Source: Ignicoccus pacificus DSM 13166
GTDB taxonomy: Archaea; Thermoproteota; Thermoprotei_A; Sulfolobales; Ignicoccaceae
Length of the DNA stretch: 32,000 nucleotides
Reading direction: 5' to 3'
NCBI GenBank assembly: GCA_025340205.1
Contig: CP006868.1
Coordinates: 1,410,001-1,442,000, forward strand
In this document: positions 1-7,853 of the stretch, in pieces
Position numbering within the stretch: the first letter of the stretch is position 1
How the letters are laid out: the number at the start of each line of letters is the position of its first letter
The notes under the pieces: generated by a model
Databases searched by the model: none
Seen by the model: only the letters and a program-made list of their open reading frames with translations
What the model was told of the DNA's origin: nothing
Made by a program: the position numbers and the translations under genes

Positions 1-128
1 CTCAAGATGAAGCACTTAGCGTTTAGTTCATCTGCTATCAAAAATATGTTCTTAATGGGACCCATATAGATTTCCTTGGCCTTCCCCCTACCCTTCCTCT
101 TCCTCTTAGTGCAAGATGTAATAACCAA
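1..128 (-). CDS. Partial ORF (5' end only) running off the left edge; unknown product with a basic N-terminus
   Basis: The minus-strand frame is open from TTG at 128..126 (4 nt after the stop of the upstream gene) or from in-frame ATG at 65..63, down to position 1. Translation is MVITSCTKRKRKGRGKAKEIYMGPIKNIFLIADELNAKCFIL... It is too short to assign. It is absent from the supplied ORF track because it is truncated. Confidence 0.25.
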   Translation of the reverse strand, partial: MVITSCTKRKRKGRGKAKEIYMGPIKNIFLIADELNAKCFIL

Positions 129-132
129 AACT

Positions 133-888
133 TTAGAAGTCGGGCTCAACTCCCTTTGCCCTTAGTAGCTCTCTAGCGAACCAAGCGAATCCCTTTCCAG
201 CTGGCTCAGGAGCTACTATGTCGGCCTTAGCCTTAAGCACGTCTTGGGCATCTCCTACAGCTACCCCGACTCCGGCCTTTACTACCATGTCCAAGTCGTT
301 CTCAGCGTCTCCGACGGCCGCCACCTCCCTCATCTCAAGCCCCAGCTTCTGGACTACCCTCTCCACCCCAGCTCCTTTTCCGCAAGTGGAGGGCATCACA
401 TGAACTGCGTGTCTGCTCACCATTACAGCTATTCCCTTCTTCAAGTAGCCAAACTCCTCTAGGATCTCTTGGGCCTTCTTGGTGTCCTCCTCCGTGGTCT
501 CCCCGGTAGGGGAGTTCAGGGCGAAGTCGCACCTCCTCCAAGGGTTCTGCCAAGAGGGAGTCCATCCCTTGACGGACCATATCCTCAGCAACACGTTGGC
601 TGCCTCCTTGGCGAGCGAACAGAGGCCTTCGTCCACTACTAGCTCCTCCCACTTGAAGTCGCCTATTCCACAGCCGTTCTCGAAGACCACGGGGGCGGAG
701 GTACCCAAGTACCTCTTCAACGCAAGTACTATAGGCCTACTGTTTCCGCTTACCAATATCACCTTTATTCCGTTCTTCTCCAAAGCCCTCAGCGCCTTTA
801 TGGCATCCACATCCAGTAGGAATGAGATTCCTTGGGTGAGAGTTCCATCCACATCAGCGGCTACAGCCTTCACTTGCGACAAGTCCAC
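133..888 (-). CDS. HAD-superfamily hydrolase (subfamily IIB/Cof type), archaeal phosphoglycolate-phosphatase-like
   Basis: HAD motif I is DVDGTLT near the N-terminus. Motif IV is GDAENDLDM near the C-terminus. A KVILVSGNS motif is also present. The alternative start GTG at 873 forms a GTGA start/stop overlap with the upstream gene. Confidence 0.8.
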   Translation of the reverse strand: MDLSQVKAVAADVDGTLTQGISFLLDVDAIKALRALEKNGIKVILVSGNSRPIVLALKRYLGTSAPVVFENGCGIGDFKWEELVVDEGLCSLAKEAANVLLRIWSVKGWTPSWQNPWRRCDFALNSPTGETTEEDTKKAQEILEEFGYLKKGIAVMVSRHAVHVMPSTCGKGAGVERVVQKLGLEMREVAAVGDAENDLDMVVKAGVGVAVGDAQDVLKAKADIVAPEPAGKGFAWFARELLRAKGVEPDF

Positions 889-1472
889 CTCTCGATCACC
901 TCCTTGAGCTCGGAGTAGAGGGGGTGTAAAACGAGAGCGGACTTCCTTACCTCAGCCCAAGAGTCCCTCTGGGTTATCGTTACCAAGTACCTCCTCTTCT
1001 CCTCGTTTATCGGTGCCACGCTAACCGCCTTGTTGCCCGAGGTGAGGACTATGCCGTTCACCTTCATCTTTCCGAGGAAGTCTCCCTCTACCTCTCCCAT
1101 ATCACACAAGCTCAGCTCGTCCTCAACTACCGCCACTATCTCTCCCATCTCTATTTCATCCTCTTTCATTCCAACCTCAGTTATCATGGCTATCATTTCC
1201 GATACATAGTCCTTAAAGTTATCAAATCCTCCGAAGATCGTCAAGGACAATGCGTCGGGGGTTACGTAAACCTTGTACGCCGGGATCTCCGGGGGCTCGC
1301 CGGGCTTGATGCCGATGAGGCCGGGCTCTGGAGCCAAGATCTCGAAGGTTCCGTCGGCTTTGGGGAGGACCTCGGCGCTCCAGAACCCGTTCTTCGCCAA
1401 TTCCTTGCTCAGCAATGGTAAGTCCAAGGGCCTCTTGAAGTACATAGTCAACCTTACGCTTCCAGAGACCAA
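870..1472 (-). CDS. Hypothetical cytoplasmic protein (acidic), no recognisable domain
   Basis: 200-aa ORF on the same strand as the HAD gene and stop/start coupled to it. The start is TTG at 1472, with an in-frame ATG at 1445. I recognise no motif. Confidence 0.55.
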   Translation of the reverse strand: MVSGSVRLTMYFKRPLDLPLLSKELAKNGFWSAEVLPKADGTFEILAPEPGLIGIKPGEPPEIPAYKVYVTPDALSLTIFGGFDNFKDYVSEMIAMITEVGMKEDEIEMGEIVAVVEDELSLCDMGEVEGDFLGKMKVNGIVLTSGNKAVSVAPINEEKRRYLVTITQRDSWAEVRKSALVLHPLYSELKEVIERWTCRK

Positions 1473-1536
1473 CTTAACACCGCTTGACCTCCGCGAGGGG
1501 GTAGATAAGGCGCTCTGAGGAGGAGCTCCATGTACG

Positions 1537-1544
1537 TTAAAAAT
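1537..1544 (+). promoter_or_regulatory. TATA-box-like element (TTAAAAAT) upstream of the 1580 gene
   Basis: This is an A/T-rich octamer ~36 nt upstream of ATG 1580. The implied TSS lies downstream of the TTG at 1565, which supports 1580 as the start. Confidence 0.35.
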
Positions 1545-1579
1545 GCTCCTTTTCGCTCAACCTTTTGAAGGTAGGTAAA

Positions 1580-2701
1580 ATGAGGAGGTTCGCCCTCTAC
1601 CTCTTAGCCGCTCTCCTCCTACTGCCCCTCCTCCAAGCTGCTAGGCCAGCGGGACCAGTGATCCTCGTTGACCTAGCTCACGGAGAGAACACCAGGGGTC
1701 TCTGTCTGTTCATGAAGATGATGCCCGAGGCCTATTGGGAGATCCTAGTACCCTCCAAGAACTACCAACTGCCTCCGTGCTCCGTCAAGCCCTACAAGGT
1801 ACTGGTGGGAGACTTCTCCTCTAGGCAAGTGGTGGAGGCTCTCAAGGAGGTAGACGCCGTGATCATAGGCCAGCCAACTCAGTACTTCACTAAGGCTGAG
1901 CTCAAGGAGATAGCCAACTGGTTCAAGTCCACTCCCGGAAAGGTGCTCTGGTGCGCTGGCGACAGCGACTATCCCGCTCAAGGAGGAAACATGGAGGTAG
2001 CCGACCACGCTTGTGATGCCGTGTTTGAGGCCGTTGGAGCCAAGATAAGGTTGGACTTCGTGAGTGTTGAGGACGTCAACAGCAACGCCGGAAGGGCCTA
2101 CAGGGTAATAGGAATAGTGAAGCCCGATCCTAGGTACGACGCCCAGATAATTGCCTACGGCGCTCACAAGGTCCTATTCCACGGACCCGGAGCCGTGGCT
2201 TGGGTTGACAAGAACGGCAACTGGCACAAGCTAACCGACCCCAATACCCCCAAGAACATCATCAAGATAGTGGTCACCAGTAACGGAGGAAGGATCGTGG
2301 AGCACCAGCCGGTGGCTCCCGGCGCTCCCGGTGAGTTCGGAAAGGCCCACCACGTGGGAGAGACCGGAGTCTTCGTCCTAATGGGAGCCGAGGTAATAGG
2401 CAACAAGCCTCCCTACAGCGTGATCATAGCCAGCGGTGAGAGCCCCTACGGAGGCTACCAGCCCATGGACACCTTCCGCTATCACGGAATACCTCTGGAC
2501 GGGCCCAGGTTCGTGAGGAACGTGATGCTGTGGAGCCTGAGCTATCCTGCTGAGCTCGGAATAGCTCAGCAGCTCAACAACAACATAATGCACGTTGAGG
2601 CTCAAGTAGCCAAGGTCGCTCAGATAATGCCGGTGACCTACGCCGCTGTGGCGATAGCGGTGATAGCCTCTGCCTTAGCCCTCTTCGCCATCCTAGGCTA
2701 A
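1580..2701 (+). CDS. Secreted protein with N-terminal signal peptide and C-terminal hydrophobic anchor (DUF4350/GldG-like N-domain is possible)
   Basis: MRRFALYLLAALLLLPLLQAA is a signal peptide. The C-terminus MPVTYAAVAIAVIASALALFAILG is a TM helix that ends the protein. The ILVDLAHGE motif resembles GldG/DUF4350-type domains, by weak recollection only. ATG 1580 is preferred over TTG 1565. Confidence 0.75.
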   Translation: MRRFALYLLAALLLLPLLQAARPAGPVILVDLAHGENTRGLCLFMKMMPEAYWEILVPSKNYQLPPCSVKPYKVLVGDFSSRQVVEALKEVDAVIIGQPTQYFTKAELKEIANWFKSTPGKVLWCAGDSDYPAQGGNMEVADHACDAVFEAVGAKIRLDFVSVEDVNSNAGRAYRVIGIVKPDPRYDAQIIAYGAHKVLFHGPGAVAWVDKNGNWHKLTDPNTPKNIIKIVVTSNGGRIVEHQPVAPGAPGEFGKAHHVGETGVFVLMGAEVIGNKPPYSVIIASGESPYGGYQPMDTFRYHGIPLDGPRFVRNVMLWSLSYPAELGIAQQLNNNIMHVEAQVAKVAQIMPVTYAAVAIAVIASALALFAILG

Positions 2702-2706
2702 CTCTC

Positions 2707-2715
2707 TTTTTATTT
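2707..2715 (+). terminator. Oligo-T tract (TTTTTATTT) just after the stop of the 1580..2701 gene
   Basis: Archaeal terminators are T-runs. This tract begins 6 nt after the TAA stop. Confidence 0.3.
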
Positions 2716-2744
2716 CAACTTCTCACTTTATAACACAATATTCC

Positions 2745-2933
2745 TCAATGTATCTCTTTAGCGTGCTTACAAAGTTGCGGGATTGAAGGTCTGCAATTCT
2801 CGCTCCAATTGAGTGGATAAACGTAGTAGCCTTTGTTGGTAGGAAGAAGGCATCTGACATTTCCAAAGGTGGAAACGCTATAACGTGTGTGGATCACAAG
2901 AGCTCCTTCCTTCTTGAGCCTCCTTACATGCAT
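2745..2933 (-). CDS. Small hypothetical ORF (62 aa, 3 Cys); coding status uncertain
   Basis: This is the only ORF in the 270-nt gap. It is on the same strand as the 103-aa gene and 40 nt downstream of it, inside the low-GC island. No motif or obvious SD is present. Confidence 0.25.
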   Translation of the reverse strand: MHVRRLKKEGALVIHTRYSVSTFGNVRCLLPTNKGYYVYPLNWSENCRPSIPQLCKHAKEIH

Positions 2934-2973
2934 CGAGACGTACCTTATTTTTCTAAACGCCTCTGTACTAAGG

Positions 2974-3285
2974 TTAAAAAATCTTTACCGATCTGTCGAA
3001 GCAACCTTTAAACTTTTCAACTAATTCCTTGACGTTATGGGGTCCGAATTCTAAGAAGATTAAACAAGGCACCTCAACCTCGCCATTCATTCCTTTCGTT
3101 TTGTAGGATAGTAAGAGGACTAAATCACATATAGCATCCTCTTGTATGAAAAGAAAGGCTTCTGGGTCAATCATGAAGACGAATCTACCTCCTTCAAAAC
3201 CTATACTGTACATTGATCCATTCTCTTCTACTTGAATTGTTATGTTTCCATCCGCCGAGGCCTTAGCCTCTATTACACTCTTCAC
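2974..3285 (-). CDS. Small acidic hypothetical protein (103 aa), translationally coupled partner of the ATPase
   Basis: Its ATG overlaps the ATPase stop (ATGA at 3282-3285). It shares the ATPase's low GC. No nuclease, TA or DNA-binding motif is recognisable. Confidence 0.6.
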   Translation of the reverse strand: MKSVIEAKASADGNITIQVEENGSMYSIGFEGGRFVFMIDPEAFLFIQEDAICDLVLLLSYKTKGMNGEVEVPCLIFLEFGPHNVKELVEKFKGCFDRSVKIF

Positions 3286-4496
3286 GCAGACCTCACCTCA
3301 TCGGACGACACTTCAACTAGAGAAGCCAGCAAATCCTCCAAGACCTCGGATATCGAGGGACTGTTCTCAATGTCATCCAAAGCGTATCCTTTAAATCCTC
3401 CATCTCCAAAATGATAAACTTTAATATTAACACGTCTCATAGCATTAATATCTTCATTATCTGCCTCTAAGCCGTATTTACTAAGGTAAGTGACGGTCTC
3501 CTCAATACCTTTTCTAAGAAGCATTTGAGAGAGTTTGAGCTCTGCCAGAATTACATCACTATGCGAAGTTACTATCAAGGGGGTCATGGAGGCTAGTAAA
3601 CGTAGATACCATGCTATAAACCTCTGTAATGAAACATGAAGTTGGGATTCTGGCTCTTCTATTATACTCAATCTCTTCTCTTGCTGTACCAAACAGCTAA
3701 GAAGGAGCAACGGCACGTTCTCGCTAATGGAGGCGGCAACCGAATACAAATGAAAATCTTGGTTCTTATACTTGTACATAACGCCTATTTTATCTTCGAA
3801 GAATATTTCACCTTCCAAGAGAATCTTCTTCATAAGTGAAACGAAGAGCTTTCCTTTCATACACTCAGAAAGTTTTCCTTTGTATTTTGTTTCATAAACA
3901 TGAACTAACTCAGTCCATGGTAAAACGTATAAAGAGAATATAGGATCGGAGTACAAGGCCTCAAGCAATCTTCTCCGATATGTCAAAGTGAGAGGATTGA
4001 AAGAAAGGTAATAGTGGATAAAAAGTAGGAACGATTTAGCATAAGCGAGATAGGTGGAAGGATATAGACCTACTCTATCATATATTCTCTTAATGTCATG
4101 TAAGCTTACCCTTACCTTAGGAGCGCCATCTTTCCTATAGATGAGTTCTCTGAATGCTCCTCTCCCTTCTACGCTCCCTTTTTTCAAAAGAAGTTCAGAA
4201 TCCCCAATCTTCAAGGTAAATTCCGAATGTTTGAATAACCTCTTACCTTCATCGTGCCCAAACACCATCATAAATGATTCACAGAGCTTCTTGGCAAAAC
4301 CAGAGTACTCTTCACACGTCACCCCTTCCTTGTACTCAGATATGTAGGGAAGAGCAAGAACGCTATACAATAATTTAGCCACATAGCTCTTTCCGGATCC
4401 TGAAGGACCATAGAAAAGAATCAAGCTCCCCTCTCCGATCTCTAGCTTAGATCTCTGGGCAATAGGGCCCAAGGATTCTATAGTTAGCTCAATCAT
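3282..4496 (-). CDS. ABC-type (SMC/RecF-like, AAA_15/AAA_21-class) ATPase
   Basis: Walker A is GPSGSGKS (aa 30-37), following a typical N-terminal beta-hairpin (IESLGPI...LEIGEGSLILFYGP). A ~240-aa insertion follows. Then come LSIIEEPESQLH (Walker B/D-loop of the EEPE..LH type) and IVTSHSD (H-loop). Confidence 0.85.
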   Translation of the reverse strand: MIELTIESLGPIAQRSKLEIGEGSLILFYGPSGSGKSYVAKLLYSVLALPYISEYKEGVTCEEYSGFAKKLCESFMMVFGHDEGKRLFKHSEFTLKIGDSELLLKKGSVEGRGAFRELIYRKDGAPKVRVSLHDIKRIYDRVGLYPSTYLAYAKSFLLFIHYYLSFNPLTLTYRRRLLEALYSDPIFSLYVLPWTELVHVYETKYKGKLSECMKGKLFVSLMKKILLEGEIFFEDKIGVMYKYKNQDFHLYSVAASISENVPLLLLSCLVQQEKRLSIIEEPESQLHVSLQRFIAWYLRLLASMTPLIVTSHSDVILAELKLSQMLLRKGIEETVTYLSKYGLEADNEDINAMRRVNIKVYHFGDGGFKGYALDDIENSPSISEVLEDLLASLVEVSSDEVRSA

Positions 4497-4632
4497 CGAC
4501 TATTCTACCATCAAATCGCACCAGAACCGCTCTTAAATCGCTTAATAGTCCAAAGAGCTCCTATCGAAGATCGTTATTTGATTGAAAGCCGTGCTATCAG
4601 CGAATTTAAGCTTCCTCGAGGAGATCTCCTCG

Positions 4633-6441
4633 ATGATTGCCTTGAAGAGGTCCCTTCTCTTAGTAGCGGCCGTACTAGCAATAGCGCTAGCTTCCTGCAT
4701 AAGCGACCCCACGTGGGGAGCTCCGGCCACTCCTAATCCGGGATCGTACTTTAATCTAACGGTGAGCGGAAAGGTACTCCAAGTGACCATAACCAACGGG
4801 ACAAGAGCTTACACGTTGGAATATCAAAACGGCAAGGTATTCGTTCCCAAGAGCGTTCAACCCGGTCTCTACGACTTGATAGTGAAGACCGATCACGGAG
4901 AATGCTATCAGCACAACGCCGTCTGGGTAGTCCCAAGGAGTTTGAAGAGCCTAACGGTAATGCACTTGACCGACGAGCACTTCGGAGTTTACAATCCCAC
5001 CGGCAGGTGGGCGAGGAACTACGTTCTGGCTGCTATAATAATTGCGAATAGCGACCCTCAGGTTAACGCCATCTTCGTCACCGGGGACGTCGCGGATACC
5101 GCCATGCCCTACCAGTATCAAGAGGCAAGGTTAATACACGGCCTCTCCACGAAGCCCGTCTTCGTGATACCCGGCAATCACGACCACGTGAACCCTCAGC
5201 CCACTTTTGAGGAGTACGTGGGACCGTGGCACTGGTATAGGATAATAAACGACATCTTGGTCGTCGGAATAGACACCGGAGCTGATGGCTACATAGGAGT
5301 TGCACAAGCTTCCTTCGTGAGCAAGCTCCTAGCTAAGAACTACCCTATCAAGGTAATCTTACATCACCACCCGCTCTTCGCCTTCCTCTATGGGAAGCCT
5401 TATGTCTTCAAGGTAGACAGCTGGGAACAGCTGTTTAAGACCATGCTAAGCAAGAAGCCTGGATCCAAGTATCCCTACATTTACACAAGCTGGCTAGCCG
5501 ACGAGGAGGGATTAAAGGAGTTAGTGAAGGCTATCTACGACGACAACTTGACCCTAAGCCTAAGCGGCCACATACACCTAGACAGCTATGCCTTAGTGGA
5601 GAGACCCAACGGCTTGAAGACTTGGTTCATAGTGACCACGACCGCGGGAGGTCCGATTAGGCAGAGCGATTACCATGGCTTCAAGATAGTTAAGATAGCC
5701 AAGAACGACGTGGAGGTTTACGGCTTAGGAAAGCCGTGGAGCAGACACGCCTCCTACAGCCTAGAGGGGGCGATAGCCGATTTAGGACAGAACAACGTGG
5801 TATCCGTAGTAACGTTCAAACTAACCGATAAGAACTTAACCAAGCTCCTACCTCACCTAGTCCTAGCCGTCCCCATACCTAAGAACATGGCCGGAGAGTA
5901 CAACATATACTCTCCAGACTTCCAGAAGGTATGGTTAAGGTGCACTCCGGCCTTCTGCGTCCTCTTCGCCTCGACCAACAAGGTAATGTTAAACCACACC
6001 TACCGCTTAGCCGTCTACACGAAGGCAGACTTGAAGCCTCCCACCGTGGAAGGCCTAAAGTATCCGAAGAACGTGACCGTGGGAACTCCGATAACCATAA
6101 GCTTTAGCGCCTACGACGACGCTTGGGGCATTCAGAAGGTCTACGCAATCGTCAGCTCCCCTAGCTATAAGCTAAAGGCTACTCCAATGAGCTACGGAAC
6201 TACCTACACCTTAAACTTGCCTCCGGTTAAGAAGCCTGGAACCTTAAACGTAACCTTAGTGCTTGAGGACTACTACGGACACAAGACTATCAAGCACTTC
6301 AGCGTGGAGGTGCTAGGAAAGACCCAGCAAGCCCAGCATGTGAAGCCGAAGGCCATTCCATCGATCAACGTCCCCTTGTTGCCCATAGCTATAGGCGCTC
6401 TGCTGATACTGGCAGCGGCTGCCCTCTTCTTGCTAATATAG
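4633..6441 (+). CDS. Extracellular calcineurin-like metallophosphoesterase with N-terminal signal (lipobox-like LASC) and C-terminal TM anchor
   Basis: Metallophosphoesterase motifs are present in order: LTDEHFG (DxH), VTGDVAD (GD), IPGNHDH (GNH[D/E]), HHHP and SGHIH. The N-terminus MIALKRSLLLVAAVLAIALASC is a signal peptide. The C-terminus LLPIAIGALLILAAAALFLLI is a TM helix. There are many NxS/T sequons. ATG 4633 is preferred over TTG 4582. Confidence 0.85.
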   Translation: MIALKRSLLLVAAVLAIALASCISDPTWGAPATPNPGSYFNLTVSGKVLQVTITNGTRAYTLEYQNGKVFVPKSVQPGLYDLIVKTDHGECYQHNAVWVVPRSLKSLTVMHLTDEHFGVYNPTGRWARNYVLAAIIIANSDPQVNAIFVTGDVADTAMPYQYQEARLIHGLSTKPVFVIPGNHDHVNPQPTFEEYVGPWHWYRIINDILVVGIDTGADGYIGVAQASFVSKLLAKNYPIKVILHHHPLFAFLYGKPYVFKVDSWEQLFKTMLSKKPGSKYPYIYTSWLADEEGLKELVKAIYDDNLTLSLSGHIHLDSYALVERPNGLKTWFIVTTTAGGPIRQSDYHGFKIVKIAKNDVEVYGLGKPWSRHASYSLEGAIADLGQNNVVSVVTFKLTDKNLTKLLPHLVLAVPIPKNMAGEYNIYSPDFQKVWLRCTPAFCVLFASTNKVMLNHTYRLAVYTKADLKPPTVEGLKYPKNVTVGTPITISFSAYDDAWGIQKVYAIVSSPSYKLKATPMSYGTTYTLNLPPVKKPGTLNVTLVLEDYYGHKTIKHFSVEVLGKTQQAQHVKPKAIPSINVPLLPIAIGALLILAAAALFLLI

Positions 6442-6759
6442 CCTTTTTCTTTCAGGGTACCTACCTTCCTCTCCTTTCTTAACGAAGTGTAGCTCCCATG
6501 GGAAGTACCAAGGCAATCCCCTTCTCTCCATCTCCTCCCAGAGCTTCGCCCTTATCTCAATCCTTTCCTTCCTCGTAAGCTCCCTCGGAGTAACTATCAA
6601 TATGTCCACGTCGGACCAAGCGTCGTAGTCTCCTCTGGCCACGCTTCCTACTAAGTAGATCTCAGCATCTGGTATAATTTCCTTGAGGATCTCAGCTATC
6701 TTGGGCACTATCTCCCTCCACCTTAGGAGTAACTTGAGCCTCTCCGGGGCCAAGCTCAC
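6433..6759 (-). CDS. Minimal nucleotidyltransferase (MNT-type, HEPN-MNT module partner)
   Basis: LVGSVARGDYDAWSDVDILIV matches the GSxxRG...DxD polymerase-beta-type nucleotidyltransferase signature. The start is GTG at 6759. An alternative GTG at 6708 is preceded by AGGTGGAGGGAG. Confidence 0.8.
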   Translation of the reverse strand: MSLAPERLKLLLRWREIVPKIAEILKEIIPDAEIYLVGSVARGDYDAWSDVDILIVTPRELTRKERIEIRAKLWEEMERRGLPWYFPWELHFVKKGEEGRYPERKRLY

Positions 6760-7158
6760 CCTCTATTTTCCTAAACAGTTCTATCAACTTCTCCACAGCG
6801 TTGAAGAACTCTTCGACCTCTTCCTTGGTACATAGCGAAGGTTTGTACCTAGCCTCGTAGTAGGCCTCCTCCAATGCGCTTAAGGTACTCCTCTCCTCCT
6901 TTGCTATCTTCATAACTTCCTCTGCAAGCTCATCCTTCCCAAGTACCTCAAGTTCGTGTAGAGGTCGGCTAATAGCTCTCTGATCTCATGCGTCTTCCTC
7001 TCGCCTATTCCCATCCTGTAAAGCAACGACTTCAAGTACAGTAGTAAAGCTTGCTCTAAATGGAAGGCATCTAGATCGTAGTACCCGCTTTCCATGTCAA
7101 GCTTGGCATCTCCCAACAAGCGGGGAGCCCTCCTCTTTAGGACCTCGTGAACCTTCAT
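6692..7158 (-). pseudogene. HEPN-domain gene split by a frameshift (ORFs 6910..7158 and 6692..6913)
   Basis: The N-terminal ORF carries FHLEQALLLYLKSLLYRMGIGERKTHEIRELL, the HEPN helices with an R..H motif. The other frame is open from ~6985 and reads ELEVLGKDELAEEVMKIAKEERSTLSALEEAYYEARYKPSLCTKEEVEEFFNAVEKLIELF, a typical HEPN C-terminal half. Joined, the two parts give a normal ~130-150-aa HEPN protein. Confidence 0.65.
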
Positions 7159-7229
7159 ACCTCTTCCAATTTCTTCGAAGAAGTCTAAGCTATTACTCCT
7201 CGCCCGCTTCCGATCAAAGGGGCTAATAG

Positions 7230-7799
7230 TTGATAGACAGGTACATAAAGCTTAGGTATGGCTCAAAGTTCAAGTTCAAGTGTACGAGACAAGGGTACTG
7301 CTGCAAGGGAGGACCCAACGTCTCCCTCACTATCTTTGACGTGGTGAGGATAGCTAAGTACTTGGGGAAGCACTGGAGCGAGCTAATACCTACTTACATT
7401 AAGGTAATAATAGCTGACATGGTACCCTTCCTAAGCCTGAGGGGGATAAGGGACGAGTGCATCTTCTTGAGGCATAACGAGGACGGAACCGTGTGGTGCG
7501 AAATTTACCCCGTGAGACCCATGAGGTGCAGACTTTACCCGCTGTTACCCTCCGCCCCTGGCTCAGACGTGGTCTACTTGGATCCCAAGTGCCCCGGCAT
7601 AGGGAGCGGTCCCGAGAGGGAGGTTCCTAAGGAGGCCTTCGAAAAGTACTACCAAGAAGTTAGAGAGCATTACAAAATGATCATGGAAAGAGTACTCGAT
7701 AGGGGCATGGAGCCTAGAGAGGCCTTGGAGGACGCCTTGGAGGAAGTTTGGGAGAGGTACAAGGAGGAGGACTTGAGAGGATTAGAGCTTCCGCCTTAG
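7230..7799 (+). CDS. YkgJ-family (UPF0153, CxxCxxCC-type) cysteine-cluster protein
   Basis: FKCTRQGYCCKGGPNVSLTIFDV is followed by ECIFL...WCEIYPVRPMRCRLYPL. This is the characteristic Cys pattern of the family. The start is TTG. Confidence 0.7.
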   Translation: MIDRYIKLRYGSKFKFKCTRQGYCCKGGPNVSLTIFDVVRIAKYLGKHWSELIPTYIKVIIADMVPFLSLRGIRDECIFLRHNEDGTVWCEIYPVRPMRCRLYPLLPSAPGSDVVYLDPKCPGIGSGPEREVPKEAFEKYYQEVREHYKMIMERVLDRGMEPREALEDALEEVWERYKEEDLRGLELPP

Positions 7800-7853
7800 C
7801 CCTTTCTCTGACGGATCACTCCCTTTTAATCATCCCCTCCCAACTAGCTCAAG

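Larger units (their letters stand above)
2702..4540. other. Compositionally atypical low-GC island (candidate horizontally acquired cassette)
   Basis: Six hand-counted 60-nt lines inside the block give about 38-40% GC. Three lines from the flanking genes give about 57-68%. The island holds three same-strand ORFs with no housekeeping assignment. Confidence 0.55.

Noticed and set aside
479-907. 142-aa ORF on the plus strand
   Set aside because: It is the antisense shadow of the HAD hydrolase gene, which has clear catalytic motifs.
1745-2167. 140-aa ORF on the minus strand (and 2164..2406, 2378..2605)
   Set aside because: These are antisense shadows within the signal-peptide-bearing 1580..2701 gene.
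6355-6441. VPLLP followed by a TM helix at the C-terminus of the metallophosphoesterase, considered as a VPXXXP-CTERM-type archaeosortase signal
   Set aside because: The spacing is VPxxP, not VPxxxP. There is no basic tail and no archaeosortase gene in the window. The evidence is insufficient.
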